Source of the DNA: Candidatus Bathyarchaeia archaeon
GTDB lineage: Archaea > Thermoproteota > Bathyarchaeia > Bathyarchaeales > Bathycorpusculaceae
Direction: 5' to 3'
Length of the DNA stretch: 64,000 nt
NCBI GenBank assembly: GCA_050010755.1
Contig: JBEKKK010000001.1
Location: forward strand, 768,001-832,000
The translations under genes and the position numbers were made by a program. The notes beneath the pieces are model-generated. The model did no database searches, was not told where the DNA came from, and saw only the letters and a program-made list of their open reading frames with translations. Below are positions 59,112 to 64,000 of this stretch, in pieces (the first letter of the stretch is position 1; each line of letters opens with the position of its first letter).

Positions 59112-60491
59112 CTATTTCCATTCTTCGAGCGCTGTTTTCATATATTCTGCGGATTCCTCTTCGCAAGGCTTCTCAGCTCTGAGCAGGTCGGCGCCTTTCT
59201 TACGCTTCTCCAGCTCCATGTGGCCTTGGAAACCGAATGGAAAAAGCTGCGTGAACTCTTTCAGAAGCTTCCAGCCTTTCTCGTAGGCTTCAGCTGCCTT
59301 CAGCAGGTGCTTCGATTGTTTGCCCGGATGCTTTTTGGCTAAGCGTTTCAAGTAGGCGGCGCACATCTCTCTGCCTTCACAGTAGCAGACTCCAACGTAG
59401 CTGTTTCCCTGATAGTTCTGTTTGTCTTCTGGAAGCGTTTCAAGCACGTTTGCCCATTCGTCGAGTGCTTCTGGTCCGGCCACATAATTGCTGAGGACGG
59501 GGACTTTTGCGGATGCGAAGTCTATGGCTCTCTGTAAGGCTTCTTTGTCGGCGTCTTCGCTTCGGCGCTTGACCCTGTCACGGAAGAATATTGAATCGAG
59601 GCATCCCGGAGCTTTCAGGTCGTGGAACGGTACCAAATCTTCTGGCTGACCCATTAGGCTTCTATACGTGCTGACTATGTACGAGTTGCCTTCGTAGCCC
59701 TTGACTATTCCGTATTCGGGAATGACCAAGCCCCATAGAACCACGGGGTGGTTTTTCTCGTCCACTTCCTGTTTTATTTTCTCGAAGATTTTTCTTGTCT
59801 TCTCAATTTCCTTCGATGTCGGAGCCCCTTCTTTCTCAGGGTAATCGCCATCGAACGCAACAGTTTCCAGTGTCCAACCTAGATCTTCAGTCGCCTTGCG
59901 TATCTGCTTCCAAGTCTTGGCATGAAAAGCCGTTGGCCCAGACGGGCACGTCGCACCTTTGGCCACGTTTATCAGAAAAGCGTAGCCCGAAACTCCGCCA
60001 ACTTTCATAGTGTCGCAGTCGGTTCCCAACGCCCTCAAACAGCCGGCCACAGCCCCAGTGTAGGATATCCAGCAGGGCTGATACTCAACTTTCTTGCTGA
60101 TTACCTTCTTCACCAAATGTTTCACCTCCTTCAAACCCTCCGTGTAACGCCTTGCGAGCAGCTCCCGCATCGCCTCCTGTCTATGAACGGAACTCCTGTA
60201 CATTACAGCAACCGTCTTCAACAGTTCCCGCCCGTCGGTGGTCAAGCAGTATTCGCCTCTGCCTGACTTCTCGACGAGCTCCTCTTCGACCAGCAGTCTG
60301 AGGTGATTCGCCAGCGCTGTCTTAGAGAGCCTCGTCTGTTGCATCAAGCCTGAGAACTCGTGCTCCCCACGCAGAAGCAGGGTCATTATGTGTATTCGTG
60401 CAGGATGAGCCGCCAGCTTCAACAGCTCTGCTACGCTGCTGGTAGACTCCAGCAAGAGGTCATGAAGGGAGTTCTCCTCTGAACTGCTCAA
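59112..60491 (-). CDS. ArsR-type wHTH regulator fused to a large uncharacterised C-terminal domain
   Basis: ArsR pattern 'AHPARIHIM.LL...LSKTALANHLRLL....LV.....G.Y.LT..G'. Confidence 0.75.
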   Translation of the reverse strand: MSSSEENSLHDLLLESTSSVAELLKLAAHPARIHIMTLLLRGEHEFSGLMQQTRLSKTALANHLRLLVEEELVEKSGRGEYCLTTDGRELLKTVAVMYRSSVHRQEAMRELLARRYTEGLKEVKHLVKKVISKKVEYQPCWISYTGAVAGCLRALGTDCDTMKVGGVSGYAFLINVAKGATCPSGPTAFHAKTWKQIRKATEDLGWTLETVAFDGDYPEKEGAPTSKEIEKTRKIFEKIKQEVDEKNHPVVLWGLVIPEYGIVKGYEGNSYIVSTYRSLMGQPEDLVPFHDLKAPGCLDSIFFRDRVKRRSEDADKEALQRAIDFASAKVPVLSNYVAGPEALDEWANVLETLPEDKQNYQGNSYVGVCYCEGREMCAAYLKRLAKKHPGKQSKHLLKAAEAYEKGWKLLKEFTQLFPFGFQGHMELEKRKKGADLLRAEKPCEEESAEYMKTALEEWK

Positions 60492-60545
60492 TCTGCTACA
60501 CTTTCCGCATCAACTTAATGAAACAACATATAAAGTCTTTCTTTC

Positions 60546-60573
60546 TGTGAACTGAGTTCACATTTTTGTGAAC
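60546..60573. promoter_or_regulatory. Overlapping palindromes, putative autoregulatory operator
   Basis: TGTGAACT-G-AGTTCACA (60546-60562) and GTTCACA-TTTT-TGTGAAC (60556-60573), about 55-80 bp upstream of the ArsR-like gene. Confidence 0.55.
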
Positions 60574-60655
60574 AACTCTTATCTTACATTTACACGGTTG
60601 TCTGTGCACGCTTTTCTTTCAGCTCAGGTTCTCTTTTGGAAAAGAGAAAGTGAGG

Positions 60656-60730
60656 TGGGCCGGGCCGGACTTGAACCGGCGACCTTTGGCTCGTAAAGCC
60701 AATGTCCTAACCAAGCTAGACGACCGGCCC
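60656..60730 (-). tRNA. tRNA-Val(TAC)
   Basis: GGGCCGG acceptor stem, D-loop AGCTTGGTTA, anticodon arm TTGGC-TTTACGA-GCCAA, T-loop GGTTCAAGTCC; 75 nt, no intron. Confidence 0.95.
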
Positions 60731-60969
60731 CTTGTTTTCAGATTCTAAGGCTAAATCTCTGGTTTCTGGGTCATTGGTTATTATGGTTTTGGTCTTTGGT
60801 TTCATTGACGTATTGATCAATGATGGCCCATTGAGTTCTGTCTGGGCCGAAGGTATTATTTGTTTCTTACAGAACGTTTTGACATGCTAGAAATTTAGTA
60901 TGCCCTCGGGAAAATCAAGCAGAATGGTAAACTTCACTTTAACATCGGAGAAGAATTGGATTCTAACGA

Positions 60970-61563
60970 TTAAGGCTTCAGCCACCAGTCAGGCAGACTG
61001 ACAGTGAGATTCCAGCCTAACTTCTTTGCGCTCTCATTGACAGCTTTCGGCACCCCCGTGAGGTTCCAATAATCATGTCCTCCAATAATCCCGTCGGGCT
61101 TCAGAAGTTGAATATATTTCTCAATATCGTTCAAAACAAATTCGTATGAATGATTGCCATCAACATAAACGAAGTCCAGCTCCTCAGAAATCTTGCCCAC
61201 TGCTTCATCAGAGCTCAACTTTATAAACTCAAGTTTATCCTTATACTTCTCCAACTTCCGCACAGCTATATTGCAGCTATCAACATATTGCGTAATAACC
61301 CCCCCATCCGAATATGGAATGTAGGGGTCAATTAGGAAAAGTTTCCTGATGTTCAATTCCTCACATATGCTCAAGGCATTATCTCCAGAGGCGACTCCTA
61401 TTTCCGCACCCACAAACACGCGCTCAAAAGATCTATTCTTGAGAAAGACAGTGAACGGTCTAGGAGTCTCAGCAAAAACGCTGTGAATCCATTCTGAATG
61501 TTTCACATAGTCCTCATATAGCTTCGGAGCAATCAACTGGACAATTCTGTGACGAAATTGCAT
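60970..61563 (-). CDS. Class I SAM methyltransferase (Methyltransf_24-like, glycan modification)
   Basis: 'GAEIGV..G', 'LIDPY', 'DFVYVDGNHSY', 'GGHDY'. Confidence 0.85.
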   Translation of the reverse strand: MQFRHRIVQLIAPKLYEDYVKHSEWIHSVFAETPRPFTVFLKNRSFERVFVGAEIGVASGDNALSICEELNIRKLFLIDPYIPYSDGGVITQYVDSCNIAVRKLEKYKDKLEFIKLSSDEAVGKISEELDFVYVDGNHSYEFVLNDIEKYIQLLKPDGIIGGHDYWNLTGVPKAVNESAKKLGWNLTVSLPDWWLKP

Positions 61564-61729
61564 AGTCGACTTTCTTTCAGATAGGAGAAAATCGGCGGCC
61601 TGCATAACAGACAATCCTTCTTTCCAGTTGAGACCATCATTAATAGCTATAGTTTATGAATCCACAATCTACTTTTCAAATCGTTAGTGCTTCAAGCGCG
61701 TGCGGACATAGAAAAGAAAAAGAGAAGTT

Positions 61730-62398
61730 CTAGTAGTAGTAGGTTATTGTTACTGTTTGTGTTGCCTCACCGCTTAGGTTCTCGTTTCCCACGCCGACGG
61801 TTATGTTTGAAGAGGGTAGAATGGGAAAGCTTGCCGTTCCGTTTGTGCCTAAGTCTGCCTGATTGCTATAGCTAACACCATATGCTGAGTATTCTGTGCG
61901 AGCCCATGCGTCGGCTGACGCTGATGAGACGTTGATGGTGACGTATCCTGCGTAGCTTGCCGGGAACGTCCAATTGTACCAAGCAATGCCCATTCCCCCT
62001 GCTGGTTCACTCACGGTTTCGTTGTTAACCCATATTGAAGAGGAAGAAAGGCTAAGAAGCCCATTTAGGGTCGTTATGTTTGCTGCTAGATTCGTATTGT
62101 TCTCAGTCAATGCGACTATTTGGCTTGTTGAAAAAACTTGAAGTTCGTTTATAGTCGCGTTCAGCTCAGAGATTACGGTGTTTACGGGTAGACTGCTGTT
62201 ACCTTCCTCTGTCCAATTGGTGTCTATAAAAGATATCAGACTGGTTAGTTGACCGTTTACAGTGTTCAGTTGATTGTTTTTGTCGTGGATTGTTATCATG
62301 TAATATGCAATTATTCCGCCTAGCGCGGCTACTAATAGAAAACAGATTATTACGAGTCCCAAAGTGGAGCGTTTCATACTTGTTTTCTTTTTGTTCAT
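61730..62398 (-). CDS. Membrane-anchored hypothetical protein with coiled coil and beta-rich C-domain
   Basis: N-terminal TM helix, heptad N/L-rich segment, 'SYAGYV', 'FPILPS'. Confidence 0.7.
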   Translation of the reverse strand: MNKKKTSMKRSTLGLVIICFLLVAALGGIIAYYMITIHDKNNQLNTVNGQLTSLISFIDTNWTEEGNSSLPVNTVISELNATINELQVFSTSQIVALTENNTNLAANITTLNGLLSLSSSSIWVNNETVSEPAGGMGIAWYNWTFPASYAGYVTINVSSASADAWARTEYSAYGVSYSNQADLGTNGTASFPILPSSNITVGVGNENLSGEATQTVTITYYY

Positions 62399-62626
62399 CC
62401 ATGAATCACTGGTTCATCTTCTGTTGCCGTGCTGATTAAAGATTTCTGTATTTTAGCTGGAGCGCCGCCAGATACGACGACGAGAGCCTGATGCGAGAAC
62501 TGGAATAGAAAAAACGGTTCTTGTAACTCAGGGGCTTAAAGAAGTTGTTAAGTGCCCTGTTTTTGTTGAATTGGCGGAGAATTCTTTATTTCATGGATGA
62601 AGGTAGTTATTTGACGGTGTCGATAT

Positions 62627-63343
62627 TTGCGAAAATGGTTTTCAGATGTCACACTTACGTTGAGGGAATCTCTAAAACCTGAAAAGGACGAGCTGGTTCC
62701 TCCTATGAAGCTTCGACACATAATAGGTCTGGACAATTTCAAGGTGGACCGAGCGGAAATGCTTGCAAAAAATCTCGATTTGAGGAATGTTAATTCGATT
62801 CTGGATGTTGGTTGTGGTTGCGGAAGCTTGTCGTACTCGTTAATTCGGTACCACAATTTTCAAGGGAAATATGAAGGATTTGACATAATCAAAGATTTCA
62901 TTGATTGGCTGCAACAACACTACACTACAAAATATCCAAACTTCCATTTTACCTTTGCACCTCTTTCCAACAACAACTATGTTCGTGGAGGGGAAAGCGC
63001 TGGAGCCTACACTTTTCCTTATCCAAACGGAATGTTTGATGCGGTTTTTCTGGGCTCTGTTTTCACACACATGCTACCAGCAGATCTGGAACATTATTTG
63101 TCAGAAATAGTTCGTGTAATGAAAAGTCACGGTACGAGCTTCATCAGTTACTTTTTTGAATCAGGTCGAAGGAAAGATTTCATTCGTGTTGGTCAATACA
63201 GCACGAGAAATCCAAAATGTCCAGAGGAAGCAATTGCTTACGATGAAAACTTCATCCTAAGGCTCTACGAGAACGTTGGTCTGAGAGCCACGCGGCCAGT
63301 CATTTATGGCGCGCAGGACTGGATTATCGCAGAAAAAGTGTAG
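62627..63343 (+). CDS. Class I SAM-dependent methyltransferase
   Basis: 'ILDVGCGCG', 'GFDI', 'FPYP..FD....SVFTH'. Confidence 0.85.
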   Translation: MRKWFSDVTLTLRESLKPEKDELVPPMKLRHIIGLDNFKVDRAEMLAKNLDLRNVNSILDVGCGCGSLSYSLIRYHNFQGKYEGFDIIKDFIDWLQQHYTTKYPNFHFTFAPLSNNNYVRGGESAGAYTFPYPNGMFDAVFLGSVFTHMLPADLEHYLSEIVRVMKSHGTSFISYFFESGRRKDFIRVGQYSTRNPKCPEEAIAYDENFILRLYENVGLRATRPVIYGAQDWIIAEKV

Positions 63344-63574
63344 TGAGAATTTGAATGTTAGACATAGTCAACGGAGACTTCCATGGCCCGTTCTTCTCGT
63401 TTGAGTATATTTCGATTTCTCACTTTTCCAGATGTTATATCGAAAAGCATTGATGACTGACTGATATCTGGCCCTAACCGATTGACAATAAATATAAACT
63501 GGTCATCTTATAATTTGAACCGCAAAAATCGGATGGGAATTCCAGATGAACCGATTTCTAGATTTCATGGTGAG

Positions 63575-64000
63575 ATGATGAAAAGGATCCTCGTTACAGG
63601 CGTAGGCGGACCTGCAGGAATAAACTTCGTAAAATCGATTCAGTTGGCACCCGAGAAAATCTTCATTGTTGGAACCGAAGCCAACGAGTATTTCCTCCAC
63701 CTTGCAACCACTGAAAGGAAATACCATGTTCCTAAGGCCGCAGAAAGTGGGTACATTGACTCTTTGAATGAAATCGTAAAGAAAGAGCGGGTTGAATTTC
63801 TTCACGCTCAGCCCGATGCCGAAGTTGAAGTCATCTCTGAGAATCGTGAAAAATTGGAGACCAACGTCTTTCTTCCCTCAAAGAAGGCTGTTCAGGCGTG
63901 TCAGGACAAGCTGAAAGCTGCAAGACTCTGGGCCAAGAGAGGTGTTCCAGTTGCGAAGTTCAAGGAGTTAAGCAAAGAATCAGACGTTGACGCGGCCTTT
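63575..64000 (+). CDS. ATP-grasp protein (CarB/PylC-like N-terminus), truncated by the window edge
   Basis: Open from ATG 63575: MMKRILVTGVGGPAGINFVKSI...QPDAEV...CQDKL...GVPV. Not in the ORF track. Confidence 0.8.
   Translation, partial: MMKRILVTGVGGPAGINFVKSIQLAPEKIFIVGTEANEYFLHLATTERKYHVPKAAESGYIDSLNEIVKKERVEFLHAQPDAEVEVISENREKLETNVFLPSKKAVQACQDKLKAARLWAKRGVPVAKFKELSKESDVDAAF

Noticed and set aside
57060-60730. Integrated element at the tRNA-Val 3' end
   Set aside because: Accessory-looking genes are present, but I found no integrase and no direct repeat of the tRNA 3' end. The 10-mer CAAGTCCGGC at 43071 is in the wrong orientation and too short.
62516-62530. GGTTCTTGTAACTCA, similar to the 27560 cassette end
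   Set aside because: Only a 12/13 match, with no inverted partner or TSD found in the window.

Overview
Archaeal chromosomal window, most consistent with Bathyarchaeia/TACK. Support: archaeal-type PGK, CTP-dependent RibK, an AcdA alpha subunit, GH57 amylases, a KaiC-like protein and frequent TTG/GTG starts; the taxonomy is inferred, not database-checked. Housekeeping blocks are tldD-pmbA, gap-pgk, gcvH-flavoprotein, ino1, ribK, acdA, cofE-like, thyX, htpX, msrB and tRNA-Val(TAC). They are interleaved with two alpha-glucan/glycogen clusters (about 7.7-11.4 kb and 31.3-42.6 kb) and several accessory inserts. Most notable: (1) a module of small wHTH + 'half' GT4 (N-domain plus C-terminal helix only) + full GT4, present three times, with domain fusions linking it to GH57 enzymes; (2) a glutamate dehydrogenase with a duplicated ~85-aa N-terminal domain, between a degenerate KaiC-like ATPase and an RHH-multi-V4R-like regulator; (3) a transposase-free 975-bp element with imperfect TIRs and an exact 8-bp target-site duplication, carrying one membrane-protein gene; (4) an AT-rich ~2-kb cassette bounded by perfect 25-bp inverted repeats with an internal palindrome; (5) a non-coding ~180-bp tandem repeat whose palindrome shows compensatory changes; (6) a dispersed AGCGCGCGCT-type motif at accessory-gene borders; (7) an orphan terminase gene pair; (8) a GH57 gene frameshifted in a (GA)5 tract. 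All family calls come from motif recognition by eye.
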